A stretch of 64,000 nucleotides of DNA from Bradymonadia bacterium (GCA_046290225.1 JBKAGE010000075.1:256001-320000); one strand, 5' to 3'; numbered from the stretch's first letter, positions 28,666-39,188 are shown. Numbers and translations: made by a program. Notes: generated by a model not told the origin, from the sequence alone.

Positions 28666-29655
28666 TCAGACCCGCCCGGTCTGAATGAACCACTTCACTG
28701 TCTCGGGGATGCCCATCTCCGGGCTCACCGCCGGGCTATATCCCAAATCGCGATGGGCCCTGCTGATGTCGAAGCGGCGATCATAGATCGTGTTTTCGAT
28801 GTTGCGCCGCGTGACGATGGGGGTACCGCCCGTGCGCACCGCCCACTGCTCCACACCAGTGGCGGCCAACCGCATCGCCCAACCCGGCACATAGACGAAG
28901 GGTCGAGGGCCTACGTTGAGGGCCTTCAGGATCAATCGCCGCATGTGGGCCAGGTCCAGGCTGTCTTCACCACAGATGAGGTAGGTCGACCCTGGCACGC
29001 CCTTGGTGAGGGCTTTCTCGATGCCTTGCACCACATCAGCCACGTGGACCAGAGGCGTCAGGTTCTTGCCGAGGCCCACTCGGGGAAACACACCCTTCTT
29101 GATGAGGCGTGTCTGCTTGAGGAACTCACCCTCACCCCCGATCCCGTAAACCATGCAGGGCCGGATCACGCACACCGGCACCTCGGCATCGGACCAGTGC
29201 GACAGCGCCTCGATCTCGCTCTGGTGCTTGCTCTTTTGATAGGGCGTCGCCGGTTGGGGTGGGTGATCTTCCGAGACGAGGGGGGCCTTGATGAGACCCA
29301 TGGCCGCCGTGCTCGACACGTGGATGAACTTCGAGATCTGTGTGCCGTGAAAACGGCGGAGCAGGTTCGCCGTGCCCTCGACGTTCACCCGCCTGAAGTT
29401 CTCAAAGGCCTCTTCGCTGATGGCGGAGACGTGGCCCAGGGCGGCGAGGTGCACCACTACGTCGACGTTCTCCTCCACGCCCTCCAGGGTCTCGGGCTGC
29501 GTCACGTCGCCCACGAAGGGCGCCACGCGATGCTCCAGCAAGCCCAGGCGGCTCGGATCTCGAACCAGCGCTCTGATGAAGTGTCCGGCGTCGAGGAGAC
29601 GCCGACAGAGAGTTTGACCGATGAACCCTGTGGCTCCGGTGACCAGAATCTGCAT
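28666..29655 (-). CDS. NAD-dependent epimerase/dehydratase
   Basis: ILVTGATGFIG, VHLAA, HVSS and YQKSK (YxxxK). Confidence 0.93.
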   Translation of the reverse strand: MQILVTGATGFIGQTLCRRLLDAGHFIRALVRDPSRLGLLEHRVAPFVGDVTQPETLEGVEENVDVVVHLAALGHVSAISEEAFENFRRVNVEGTANLLRRFHGTQISKFIHVSSTAAMGLIKAPLVSEDHPPQPATPYQKSKHQSEIEALSHWSDAEVPVCVIRPCMVYGIGGEGEFLKQTRLIKKGVFPRVGLGKNLTPLVHVADVVQGIEKALTKGVPGSTYLICGEDSLDLAHMRRLILKALNVGPRPFVYVPGWAMRLAATGVEQWAVRTGGTPIVTRRNIENTIYDRRFDISRAHRDLGYSPAVSPEMGIPETVKWFIQTGRV

Positions 29656-30059
29656 GGTGGTGCCCTGAGAAGTGCGTTGCGTCACTCTCTCCTTAGGCGG
29701 CAGAGCGGTCAAATCACGTGAGGCGGTTTCGAGGGCGGGCTTCAGGCAGCGACGTCGAGTCGGCCCCCGACGGTCTGGCCTTCCTGAAAGACGATTTGCC
29801 CGCGGGCGGAGTACATCGGGGCAGGGGTGCCGGCCCTCACCCGAGGACGGCGGGGCAGTCGAGGGGCTTCCCGCCTGCTCTGAGTGCTGGCCCCCTGGGC
29901 GTCGGCCTCGGCGTGCGTGCTCTCCTCTGCGGTGGAGCCCGTTGCGTCGAAGATGCCGTCAGTGGCCTCTACGGGCACCGTGCCCTGGCGGCCCAGCCAC
30001 GCGCCGAGACGCTCCGTCACTCCCCAGATGCCACTGCCGTGAATCGCCACAGACATCGA

Positions 30060-31085
30060 TTACGCTCCCATGGCTTGAAGGGTGAGGATCAAGTCGCCGC
30101 GATCGTCGCCGCCCCAGGTGGGCAGACCTTGACCGCGCAGGCGCAGTCGAGTGCCCGGGCGGCTTCCGGCGGGCAGGCGCACCTTGATCTGGCCGTCCAC
30201 GCCCTGGGCCTCGACGATGCCGCCTTCACTCAGGGTGGCCTGAGGCACCCGGGCCCTGCTGTGCAGATCGGCGTCCATGCGCTCGAAGCCCGTGAGCGGC
30301 GCAGGATCCAGTACCAGGAAGAGATCGCCGGCGCCGTGGGGCCCTTCGTGGCCTTTGCCCTCGAGCCTGATCTTGTCACCGCGGCGAGCGCCTGGGGGCA
30401 CCTGAACCCGCAGCGTCTCGCGGACCTCTCGCTGACCGTCAGCGGTCATGACGCGACGACGCATGGCGAAGTGGATCGAGCCGCCATGGCGCACGTGCTC
30501 CGCCCGGACAGGGAGTCGGCGGGAGATGTCCAGGGTCCGGCCCCGGCGGCCGCTGGCGAGTCGGCTCCACCAGCTCTGGGTGTCAGCGCCCACCTCTGGC
30601 GGGGGCACCGGCGCTGCAGGGATGGGCTCGTGCGAGCGCTGAGCGGCTGCCTCTGCGGCACGGGCGGCGCGGGCGGCCTTCTCGGCGGCTTCGGCGGCGA
30701 CGCGGGCTGCCCGGGCGGCCTTCCACGAGGCGGCCTGCTGACGCCAGCGGGCTCGGGCGGCCTCTCGATCCTTGGTGCTGCGAGTGCGCTGGGCCCTCGG
30801 CGCCTCGGTCTTGGAGGGCTCGGGGGCGGGCTGTGGCGCAGGGCGTGACGCTGGACGGGGCGAGGCCTTTGGCGAGGCTTTGGCCTGGGCTTTGTTGCTC
30901 AGATGGGCCACGAGGTGGTTGTAGGCCGCCGTGATCGACTTGAACTTCTCCACACTCTCGGGCCGGGGATCCACATCAGGATGCATCTTGAGGGCGAGGC
31001 TCCGATACGCCTTGCGGACCTCAACGAGGCTGGCCCCCGGCATCAACCCCAGGGCGCGGTGGCTTTGGCGAAGACTGAGGGTCAT
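30060..31085 (-). CDS. DnaJ-class co-chaperone (J domain + DnaJ C-terminal domain, no zinc finger)
   Basis: VRKAYRSLALKMHPD; IRLEGKG..GDLFL..LRLRGQGLP..GDLIL. Confidence 0.88.
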   Translation of the reverse strand: MTLSLRQSHRALGLMPGASLVEVRKAYRSLALKMHPDVDPRPESVEKFKSITAAYNHLVAHLSNKAQAKASPKASPRPASRPAPQPAPEPSKTEAPRAQRTRSTKDREAARARWRQQAASWKAARAARVAAEAAEKAARAARAAEAAAQRSHEPIPAAPVPPPEVGADTQSWWSRLASGRRGRTLDISRRLPVRAEHVRHGGSIHFAMRRRVMTADGQREVRETLRVQVPPGARRGDKIRLEGKGHEGPHGAGDLFLVLDPAPLTGFERMDADLHSRARVPQATLSEGGIVEAQGVDGQIKVRLPAGSRPGTRLRLRGQGLPTWGGDDRGDLILTLQAMGA

Positions 31086-31124
31086 GTGGTTTCTCCCTAC
31101 GGGCCGGTGGACGCACGGAGACAT

Positions 31125-31140
31125 TGCCAGCGCCGTGCCA
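31125..31140 (-). promoter_or_regulatory. Putative sigma-54 (-24/-12) promoter of the dnaJ-like gene
   Basis: Minus strand TGGCACGGCGCTGGCA (GG-N10-GC; one mismatch to TGGCACG-N4-TTGCW), 40 bp upstream of the ATG. Confidence 0.6.
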
Positions 31141-31280
31141 GACCCAATGTAGGCGTTTTCGGGCGTTCGGTGCGCACAGGCTTGCAGCCTCTAGAGCGGG
31201 GCGGTGAGTCAGGTTGAGAGGCTTTACTTGTGTTTTCTGATGTTTGGCCAGTGTGCACGGTGGTGCATGGGCCAAACCAG

Positions 31281-31306
31281 TCACTGTGCATCACTGTGCA
31301 CAGTGA
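31281..31306. promoter_or_regulatory. Perfect 16-bp palindrome plus tandem half-site (candidate operator/enhancer)
   Basis: TCACTGTGCA repeated twice; 31291-31306 TCACTGTGCACAGTGA is a perfect palindrome. Confidence 0.5.
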
Positions 31307-31451
31307 AGGGGAAGGACGCCCTCCTGTATCCGGGCCTGCTTCACCCCAAAATGCGTCATCGAAGAAAAAGTGCGCTTTTGTCCGATCCGGTGACCAGAGG
31401 TGTCACGGGGGGTGGATAGATTGCCTGTGTTCACTCCACAGGAGGTCTCTC

Positions 31452-32081
31452 ATGAACCACACGCCACTCTTCCAGGTGATCGACGATTTGCGACACTTCA
31501 TCGAGTACACCCTGCTCACGGGGTTCACGCCGGAAGACGAGCTCGTGGACGCTGCTGTTGGTGCTTTCACCGGCGCGGCGCCCGAGGCCACCTTGAGGCC
31601 CTATGCCCTCAAGCTCGCCGGTGAGATCGCCCAGGCACAGAAGGTCATGCGTCGCGGCTGGCCGGAGCACACCGATTGTGATCGCCTCGACGCGGCCTTC
31701 GAACAGCTCAAGCAAAGCGGGATCCTCAGCCGCCAACACTTCACGTGTTGTGGCACCTGCGGGGCCTTCGAGATGCAAGACGAGATCGCCCGCTCGCTGA
31801 GCCTCGGCGAGCGCACTCGAGGTTATGTTTTTTATCACGAGCAGGATACTGAATCGGCGGTGGACGGCTATGGGCTCTATTTGAGCTATGGGGCCACCGA
31901 AGCGGGGGAGGCGGCGGCCCTCGGTGTCGCCGAAGAGATCGTCGACGCCTTGCATCGAGCGGGCCTGAAGACGCGCTGGAACGGCAAATGGTCTGCCCGC
32001 ATCTGGGTGGATCTCGAGTGGCGCCGGCGGCCCCCAGTGGCGGAAGCGGAGGCGCCAATGCAGCTTGTGTTGTTGCACTGA
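31452..32081 (+). CDS. Conserved hypothetical protein (DUF6891-like)
   Basis: TDCDRLDAAF..L...GI..RQHFTCCGTCG..GYVFYHEQDTE..LYLSYG; AGGAGG RBS. Confidence 0.78.
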   Translation: MNHTPLFQVIDDLRHFIEYTLLTGFTPEDELVDAAVGAFTGAAPEATLRPYALKLAGEIAQAQKVMRRGWPEHTDCDRLDAAFEQLKQSGILSRQHFTCCGTCGAFEMQDEIARSLSLGERTRGYVFYHEQDTESAVDGYGLYLSYGATEAGEAAALGVAEEIVDALHRAGLKTRWNGKWSARIWVDLEWRRRPPVAEAEAPMQLVLLH

Positions 32082-32175
32082 GCTGCATCACGGACGCTCC
32101 CCCCTTGCCACCTCGGCCAGCGCCGGATAGATCAAGGCCCCTTCGCGCACCCTGAGCACCGAGAGAGCCTGCCCC

Positions 32176-34869
32176 ATGCCCAAAGTAGAGGTCACCCTCG
32201 AGGAGAAGCACGGCATCCCTGCCGGCATCAAACTCACCCCCATGATGAAGCAGTACGTCGCCGCCAAGGGGCGGTATCCCGACGCGCTGCTCTTCTTTCG
32301 CATGGGCGACTTCTACGAGATGTTCTTCGAGGACGCCGAGATGGGCGGCCGCTACCTCGATCTCACGGTCACCAGCAGGGACAAGAAGTCCAGCGTACCC
32401 GCCCCCATGTCGGGCTTCCCTCATCACCAGCTGCCCCAATACCTGCAGAGGGCCCTCGACGCGGGCTTGAAGGTGGCAGTGTGCGACCAGATGGAAGATC
32501 CCACCATGGCCAAGGGCCTGGTGCGCCGCGACATCACCCGGGTGGTGACCCCCGGCGTGGTCCTCGACGGTGAGGGGCTCGAGGCCCGGACCAACAACTT
32601 CCTCGTGGCCATCACGCCTTCGAATGACGGTCGGTTCGGCATCGCCTCCATGGATGTCTCCACCGGCGAGTTCAAGGTCACCGAGGTGGTGGGCACTGGG
32701 GCTTTGCGGTGCGAAATCAGCCGCTTGGAGCCCCGTGAGGTGCTCGTGCCCGAGGCGAGGCGGGCCCACCTTGAGCAGGCCCTGGAAGATCGACTGCAGC
32801 ACGTCGCCGTGAGCACGCCCGACGTGGAGATGTTCTCCGTGTCCACGGCGAGAGCAGGCCTTGAAGGCCTGATGGGCCCCGAAGCCGAGCCCGCTGTGCA
32901 GGCGATCCTGGAGTTTGGTTTTGGCCACCCGAACCTCGCCCTGTGTGCCGCCGGCGCTGCCATGGCGTATGTCACCGACACTCAGCAGAAGGCGCCCCAT
33001 CACACCCGGATCCTCACCCCCTACAAGGTGAACGACACCCTGGTGCTCGACGAGACCGCCAAGGTGAACCTTGAGCTCTTCAAGACCCTGATGGGTGGCC
33101 GCAAGGCGGGCTCGCTGTTGGGGGTGATCGACTCCGCCCGCACCGCGATGGGCGGCCGTCGCCTGCGGCAGTGGCTGGCCTACCCGCTCGTCGACCCGGT
33201 GGCCATCAACCGGCGCCTCGACGCCGTGCAGTCCATGCGGGAAGACGCCGGCCGCCGAGAGCGGGTGCGCTCGCTGCTGGAAGACATCTACGATCTCGAG
33301 CGGCTCAACAGCCGCATCACCGCCGGCGCCGCGGGCCCCCGCGATTTGTGGTTCCTGCGGGTGAGCCTCGAGCGCCTGCCGGGGCTGATTCAAGAGATCA
33401 GTCAGGTGCCGTCGCTCGCTGAGGTGGGCAGCCGCATCGATCCGCTCGAAGAGGTGCTCGATCCCGTGGCGGCCATCCTCAACGACGACCCACCGAGCCA
33501 GGTGAAGGACGGTGGGGTGGTGCGCCCGGGGGTGGATCCACAGCTCGACGAGTACGTGAAGCTCGCCACCCACGGAAAAGACTACATCCTGCAGCTCGAG
33601 CAGCGGGAGCGGGAGCGCACGGGCATCGGCAACCTGAAGGTGCGCTACAACCGGGTCTTCGGCTACTACATCGAGGTCTCGAAGGTGCACCTCGCCTCGG
33701 TGCCTCCGGAGTACATCCGCAAACAGACCCTCACCAACGCCGAGCGCTACTTCACCAGCGAGCTCAAAGAGTTCGAAGAGAAGGTGCTCAACGCCGAGAC
33801 CCGCCGCCTGGCCCTCGAGAACGAGATCTTCGACGCGCTGCGGGCCGAGGTGGCCAGCCACGCCGGGGCCATCGGCGCCGTAGCCCAGGCTCTGAGCGAG
33901 CTCGACGCCCTCGGGGCCCTCGCCGAGGTGGCCCACGTGAACGACTACTGCCGTCCGGTGGTGGACGACAGCGACGTCATTCACATCGTCGAGGGGCGTC
34001 ACCCGGTGGTGGAGCGGTCGGTGGGTCGCGAGCAGTTCGTGCCCAACAGCGTGCGCCTCGACCGTGAGCAACAGCAGGTGATCATCCTCACCGGGCCGAA
34101 CATGGCGGGGAAGAGCACCATCATGCGGCAGGTGGCCTTGATCACCCTCATGGCCCAGATGGGCGGCTTCGTGCCGGCGCAGTCGGCCCACATCGGGGTC
34201 ACCGATCGCATCTTCACCCGGGTGGGGGCCTCTGATGATCTCGCCGCGGGTCGAAGCACCTTCATGGTGGAGATGCACGAGACCGCCACCATCCTCAACG
34301 AAGCCAGCCCCCGCAGCCTGCTCATCCTCGACGAGATCGGCCGTGGCACCAGCACCTTCGATGGGGTGAGCATCGCCTGGGCCGTGGCGGAGTACATCCA
34401 TGACGTGGTGGGGGCCAAGACCCTCTTCGCCACCCACTATCACGAGCTCACTGACATGGCCGAGGTGAAGCCTCGGGTGCGCAACTACACGATCGCCGTC
34501 AAAGAGGACAAAGAAGAGGTCATCTTCCTGCGGCAACTCGTGGAGGGTGGGGCCAACCGATCCTACGGCATTCAGGTGGGGCGCCTCGCGGGCCTGCCCA
34601 CATCTGTGGTGCAGCGGGCGCGACAGGTCTTGCAGAATCTCGAGGGAGCGGAGCACGATGAAGCAGGCCGCCTGCGCATCGCTGGGGGCCAGGAGGGTCC
34701 TCAGATCACGCTCAAGGATCACAAGCTGCAGATGAGCCTCTTCGCGCCACCGCCCATCCCCGCGGCGCCCAGTCAGGTGGAGCAGGAGCTGCGCTCTGCC
34801 GATTTGGAGAACATGACGCCGATCCAGGCCCTCAACTTCGTCCACGGACTCAGGGCACGCCTCTCGTGA
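32176..34869 (+). CDS. mutS: DNA mismatch repair protein MutS
   Basis: TPMMKQY, GDFYEMF, TGPNMAGKST, STFMVEM, DEIGRGTST, FATHYHEL and SYGIQVG. Confidence 0.98.
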   Translation: MPKVEVTLEEKHGIPAGIKLTPMMKQYVAAKGRYPDALLFFRMGDFYEMFFEDAEMGGRYLDLTVTSRDKKSSVPAPMSGFPHHQLPQYLQRALDAGLKVAVCDQMEDPTMAKGLVRRDITRVVTPGVVLDGEGLEARTNNFLVAITPSNDGRFGIASMDVSTGEFKVTEVVGTGALRCEISRLEPREVLVPEARRAHLEQALEDRLQHVAVSTPDVEMFSVSTARAGLEGLMGPEAEPAVQAILEFGFGHPNLALCAAGAAMAYVTDTQQKAPHHTRILTPYKVNDTLVLDETAKVNLELFKTLMGGRKAGSLLGVIDSARTAMGGRRLRQWLAYPLVDPVAINRRLDAVQSMREDAGRRERVRSLLEDIYDLERLNSRITAGAAGPRDLWFLRVSLERLPGLIQEISQVPSLAEVGSRIDPLEEVLDPVAAILNDDPPSQVKDGGVVRPGVDPQLDEYVKLATHGKDYILQLEQRERERTGIGNLKVRYNRVFGYYIEVSKVHLASVPPEYIRKQTLTNAERYFTSELKEFEEKVLNAETRRLALENEIFDALRAEVASHAGAIGAVAQALSELDALGALAEVAHVNDYCRPVVDDSDVIHIVEGRHPVVERSVGREQFVPNSVRLDREQQQVIILTGPNMAGKSTIMRQVALITLMAQMGGFVPAQSAHIGVTDRIFTRVGASDDLAAGRSTFMVEMHETATILNEASPRSLLILDEIGRGTSTFDGVSIAWAVAEYIHDVVGAKTLFATHYHELTDMAEVKPRVRNYTIAVKEDKEEVIFLRQLVEGGANRSYGIQVGRLAGLPTSVVQRARQVLQNLEGAEHDEAGRLRIAGGQEGPQITLKDHKLQMSLFAPPPIPAAPSQVEQELRSADLENMTPIQALNFVHGLRARLS

Positions 34870-34879
34870 GCAACCCGTC

Positions 34880-37567
34880 GTGAATGATGCGACCCCCACA
34901 CTGCCCGAAGGCCTCGCGGCCTACGTCGCCCGCGAGCGAGATCGCATCCGGCACGTGCACAATGAAGGCACCCCGGGCACCGAGATCAGCGCCGCTTTGT
35001 CCAACCTCGCTGATCGCGTGGTGGCCACACTCTACGAGGCGGCCTGCGCCCGGCTGCAGCACCTCGACGTGCCGACCATCTACACGCCTCCGCAGATTCT
35101 GGCCATCGGTGGCTACGGTCGGCAGTCCCTGTCGCCCACCAGCGATCTCGATCTGTTGTTCCTCACCGATCACCCGGTGCCCGAGCCTGGAGAGGGCCCG
35201 GAAGAGCGCGATCCTGTGGTGGACGCCGTGCTCCATGGCCTCTGGGATCTGCGCTACAAGGTGGGCTTCGCCACCCGCACGCTGGAGCAGACCCTCGACT
35301 TCGCCGAGGAGGATCTCCACACCGCCACGGCGTTGCTCACCCCCAGGAGCCTCGCCGGGGATCCCGAGATGCACCATCAGCTGCAGGCGGCCTATCGACA
35401 GCGGTTCGTCGGCCCGCGAATCGACCGCCTGCTGGAGCAGCTGAAGCGCTCCATGACGGAGCGCCACGAGCGCTTCGGTGGCAGCGTCTATTTGCTCGAG
35501 CCCAACCTGAAGCACAGCCCCGGGGGCTTGCGTGATCTCCAGCTCATCTTGTGGGCGGCGATCATGCGGTTCCGCATCAACGGCTGGCCAGAGTTCCTAC
35601 CGAGAGGTGTGGGAAGCCCCCGGGAGGCGAAGGCCCTCTTCAGCGCCAGGAGGTTCATTTCTAGAACCCGGAACGCGCTGGGTTACGCCCATCCACACGC
35701 CAACGACCGGCTGACTTTCCGCCATCAGGAGACGGTGGCCCCAGCGCTGGGCTTCGCCGAGGGCGGGGCAGGGGTGGAGGCCTTCATGGCCGCCTGGTAC
35801 AAGCACGCCTCCGAGGTGCAGAAGCGGGCGCGGCTGGTGCTTGAGCGCTGCATCGAGATGAGCCACCGGTCCAAACGCCTCACCGCCCACCCCGTGGGGG
35901 AGCACTTCCGGCTGTTCAACGGCCAGCTCACCGTGGCGTCGAGAGAGGTGCTGCAGAAGCACCCGGTGCAGGCCATGAAGCTGTTTCAGGTGGCCCAGGA
36001 GCTCAAAGCCCCGGTCTATGGTTCTGCGAAGACCCGCGCCATGGAGCTGGCCGCGCGGCTCACGGGGCCCGATGGAGACGCGTGGCGATGTGAGCCCGAG
36101 GTGGTGCAGGCGTTCCGGTCGATCTTGAGCACCCCTGAAGATCCACACGACGCCCTGGGCGATCTGCACGAGGTGGGGTTGCTCGGGGCCATTCTGCCCG
36201 AGTTCGGCGCGGTGACCCACCGCACCCACCACGACCTCTATCACGTCTACACCGTCGACATTCACACCCTGCACGCGATCCGGAAGCTCAAGGCGCTGCA
36301 CCGAGGCGATCTCGCCGAGCGCGAGCCGCTGCTCACCGAGGCGATGCGGCTCATCGAGGCGCCGTTCTCGCTGTATCTCGGCCTGTTGATGCACGACGCC
36401 GGGAAGGCCCTCGGCCGCGGCCACGCGGTGAAGGGGGCCCGCCTGCTCCCGGTCATTGCCCGCCGCTGGGCCATGGCCACCGCCGAGGCCCGAGAGGCGG
36501 AGTGGCTGGTGCGGGATCACCTCGTGATGGCCCACATCAGCCAGCGCCGGGATCTCGATGACGAGCACATCATCCAGCGGTTCGCCCGGCGGGTGGGATC
36601 AGTCGACGCCCTGAGCAAGCTGTTCGTCCTCACCTGGGCCGACGCGTCGACGACGGGCCCTCAGGCCTACACCGACTGGAAGGCGGCTCTGCTGGCCCAG
36701 CTCTACCTGCGTACTCGACAGTTGCTCGGGCGCGGCTTGGGGCTCTTCGATGATCCCGAGCGCCGGGTGGCCCGCTTGCGCCGGGTGGTCTCCGACGCCC
36801 TCGAGCGGCAGGGCAGGGTGGTCCTCAAAGATGTGAACGGCGAGGTGGACACCTTCTTCCAGAGCCTGCCCACACCTTATTTTCGGCGTACGCTCGCCCG
36901 GGACATCGCCCGTCACTTCGAGATGGCGCGCCAGCTGAAGGCCGAGCCGCCGGTGGTGGTGCAGGTGGACGCCCGTCCTCGAGGCGATATTTGCCGGTTG
37001 CACATCGCCGCCCCCGACCAGCCAGGCCTGCTCTCCATCATCGCCGGTGTGCTCACCGCTCAACGGCTCGAGATCCTCGGGGCTGCGTTGAACTCCACCG
37101 ACGGCGGAGTGGCCCTGGACGTCTTCGAGGTCAGGCCCACTGATGGTGAGGTGCGCAGCGCCGAGGATCCACGGTGGGACGAGGTGCAGGCGGCCCTCGC
37201 CGATGTGATCTCCGGTGACACGACGGTGGAGCGATTGCTCGGCAGTCGACATCAGCGCCCCACGGGCCCTCGACCCAGTCGGCGCCCGAGCGACGAGCGT
37301 GGGGCCCAGATCAGCGTCGATGAAGAGGCGTCGAAGACGTACACGGTCATCGATGTGCAGGCGCCAGATCGAGTGGGCCTGCTCTACGACATGACCCGGG
37401 CCCTCGCCGAGGCGGGGGTGCACATCTACCTCGCCCGGGTCACCACCGAAGGGGACCAGGCCTTCGACACTTTCTACGTCTGCGCCCCCGATGGCGCAGC
37501 CCTCGATGCCGAGGCCATCGAGGAGGCCACCGGCGCTCTTTTGGCGGTGTTGGGCGACTCGGCATAA
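34880..37567 (+). CDS. glnD: [Protein-PII] uridylyltransferase/uridylyl-removing enzyme
   Basis: AIGGYGR..SDLDL, EPNLKHSPGGLRD, HVYTVDIH, LMHDAGK and two ACT domains (DQPGLL, DRVGLL). Confidence 0.95.
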   Translation: MNDATPTLPEGLAAYVARERDRIRHVHNEGTPGTEISAALSNLADRVVATLYEAACARLQHLDVPTIYTPPQILAIGGYGRQSLSPTSDLDLLFLTDHPVPEPGEGPEERDPVVDAVLHGLWDLRYKVGFATRTLEQTLDFAEEDLHTATALLTPRSLAGDPEMHHQLQAAYRQRFVGPRIDRLLEQLKRSMTERHERFGGSVYLLEPNLKHSPGGLRDLQLILWAAIMRFRINGWPEFLPRGVGSPREAKALFSARRFISRTRNALGYAHPHANDRLTFRHQETVAPALGFAEGGAGVEAFMAAWYKHASEVQKRARLVLERCIEMSHRSKRLTAHPVGEHFRLFNGQLTVASREVLQKHPVQAMKLFQVAQELKAPVYGSAKTRAMELAARLTGPDGDAWRCEPEVVQAFRSILSTPEDPHDALGDLHEVGLLGAILPEFGAVTHRTHHDLYHVYTVDIHTLHAIRKLKALHRGDLAEREPLLTEAMRLIEAPFSLYLGLLMHDAGKALGRGHAVKGARLLPVIARRWAMATAEAREAEWLVRDHLVMAHISQRRDLDDEHIIQRFARRVGSVDALSKLFVLTWADASTTGPQAYTDWKAALLAQLYLRTRQLLGRGLGLFDDPERRVARLRRVVSDALERQGRVVLKDVNGEVDTFFQSLPTPYFRRTLARDIARHFEMARQLKAEPPVVVQVDARPRGDICRLHIAAPDQPGLLSIIAGVLTAQRLEILGAALNSTDGGVALDVFEVRPTDGEVRSAEDPRWDEVQAALADVISGDTTVERLLGSRHQRPTGPRPSRRPSDERGAQISVDEEASKTYTVIDVQAPDRVGLLYDMTRALAEAGVHIYLARVTTEGDQAFDTFYVCAPDGAALDAEAIEEATGALLAVLGDSA

Positions 37568-37577
37568 CCTTGCCCCC

Positions 37578-38504
37578 ATGAACCCCAACGTGCCCATGAC
37601 CCCACTGGCCTTCGACGAGGCCCTCGACGCCTTCATGACGTGGGCGACGGTGGAGCGTGGCCTCGCCCGCAATACGCTCACGGCCTATCACACCGATCTC
37701 AAGAGCTTCGGCGAGGTGGTGGGCATGGAGCGCGCCGTGAACGCTCTGGGCGAAGATGACGTGCTCGAGTGGCTGGGGCTCCGGGTTGAGGCAGGCATCA
37801 CCTCCCGCAGTCAGGCGCGAAGCCTCACGGCTCTGCGGCAGTTCATGGGGTTCCTGCTCGACGAGGGGGCCATCGAGATCGATCCCACGGCTCGGGTGGA
37901 TCTGCCCCGCGTCGGACGGCATCTCCCTGAGACGATGACCCTCGACGAGGTGGAAGCCCTGCTCGCCGCACCCGACACCCACACCGCCCTCGGCCTGAGA
38001 GATCGCACCATGCTCGAGGTGCTCTATGCCTCGGGGCTGCGGGTCACCGAGCTGGTGACGCTGCCCATCGGCGCGGTGAACCTCGAGGCGGGCTACGTCC
38101 GGGTCCGGGGGAAGGGCGACAAAGACCGCCTCGTGCCTCTGGGCGACGTGGCTCGGGGCTGGGTGGAGCGCCTGCTCGTCGAGGGCCGCGAAGTGGTGAC
38201 TCCAGTAGAGCTGCGTCGTCACAGCAACGCCCCACTCTTCATCACCCGGCTGGGTCGAGCCATGACCCGTCAGGGGTTCTGGAAGCTGATCCGGCGGTAC
38301 GCCCAGCGGGCAGGCATCTCGAAGTCGATCAGCCCCCACACGCTGCGTCACGCCTTCGCCACCCACTTGCTGGAGCGGGGCGTGGACTTACGCACCCTGC
38401 AGGCCATGTTGGGCCACGCCGATATCTCGACCACCGAAATCTACACCCACCTTTCTCGGGCCCGGCTGCAGAGCGTGCACGCCGAGCATCACCCGAGAGG
38501 GTGA
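37578..38504 (+). CDS. xerD: Tyrosine recombinase XerD
   Basis: ERGLARNT..AY..DL, RDRTMLEVLYASGLRVTEL, TRQGFWK, SPHTLRHAFATHLL and LGHADISTTEIYTH. Confidence 0.95.
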   Translation: MNPNVPMTPLAFDEALDAFMTWATVERGLARNTLTAYHTDLKSFGEVVGMERAVNALGEDDVLEWLGLRVEAGITSRSQARSLTALRQFMGFLLDEGAIEIDPTARVDLPRVGRHLPETMTLDEVEALLAAPDTHTALGLRDRTMLEVLYASGLRVTELVTLPIGAVNLEAGYVRVRGKGDKDRLVPLGDVARGWVERLLVEGREVVTPVELRRHSNAPLFITRLGRAMTRQGFWKLIRRYAQRAGISKSISPHTLRHAFATHLLERGVDLRTLQAMLGHADISTTEIYTHLSRARLQSVHAEHHPRG

Positions 38505-38516
38505 CAGGAGCGCCTC

Positions 38517-39188
38517 GTGGAGCTGCAACCCGTTCGGATCGTCGCCGTGAGCTATCTGACGATCCTGCTGTCACTCACGGTGCATGAGTATGCCCACGGC
38601 TGGATGGCGTACCGCCTCGGCGACGACACCGCCAAGCGCCAGGGCCGACTCACCTTGAACCCCATCGTCATCATCCAGCACCACACGATGGGGGCGCTCA
38701 TTTTTCCGCTGATCGGCAGCCTCTTCGGCATGCCTTTCGGCTGGGCGAGCTGCCCGGTGAACCTGGCCAATGTGCGCCGAGATGTGAGCCTGCGGCGGGC
38801 CAACTTCTTGATCAGCATCGCCGGACCGATGTCCAACGTGCTCCTGGCCATCATCGCGGGACTCACCCTCGTGGGTCTCAGCGCCGCAGGGCTCATGTTC
38901 TCCGGGGGCATGGGTGGCGCTGAAGAGCCCATCAAGATGCTGCTCTACTACATGATTCTGCTCAATGTGCTGCTGGCGCTCTTCAACCTGTTGCCTGTGC
39001 CCCCGCTCGATGGCTACTCGGTGCTCGAGTCCATGGTCTCCCGCAGTCAGGAGCACATCCTCAAGTTCCTGCGGGAGTACCAGATGATCTTGTTCATCGT
39101 GGTGCTCATGTACGGCGGCAGGCTCTTCGCGCCAGTGATTCAGTACGTGGTGCGCGTGTTCATCGATCTCGCTCGGAGCGTGGCGTGA
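38517..39188 (+). CDS. Site-2 protease family (M50) membrane metalloprotease
   Basis: HEYAH, GRLTLNP, AGPMSN and FNLLPVPPLDG. Confidence 0.93.
   Translation: MELQPVRIVAVSYLTILLSLTVHEYAHGWMAYRLGDDTAKRQGRLTLNPIVIIQHHTMGALIFPLIGSLFGMPFGWASCPVNLANVRRDVSLRRANFLISIAGPMSNVLLAIIAGLTLVGLSAAGLMFSGGMGGAEEPIKMLLYYMILLNVLLALFNLLPVPPLDGYSVLESMVSRSQEHILKFLREYQMILFIVVLMYGGRLFAPVIQYVVRVFIDLARSVA

Noticed and set aside
31741..34899. 1052-aa minus-strand ORF
   Set aside because: Antisense shadow of mutS, typical of high-GC genes.
37578..38504. Tyrosine recombinase as a prophage or island integrase
   Set aside because: XerD-specific motifs and housekeeping context; no att sites, tRNA or phage genes.
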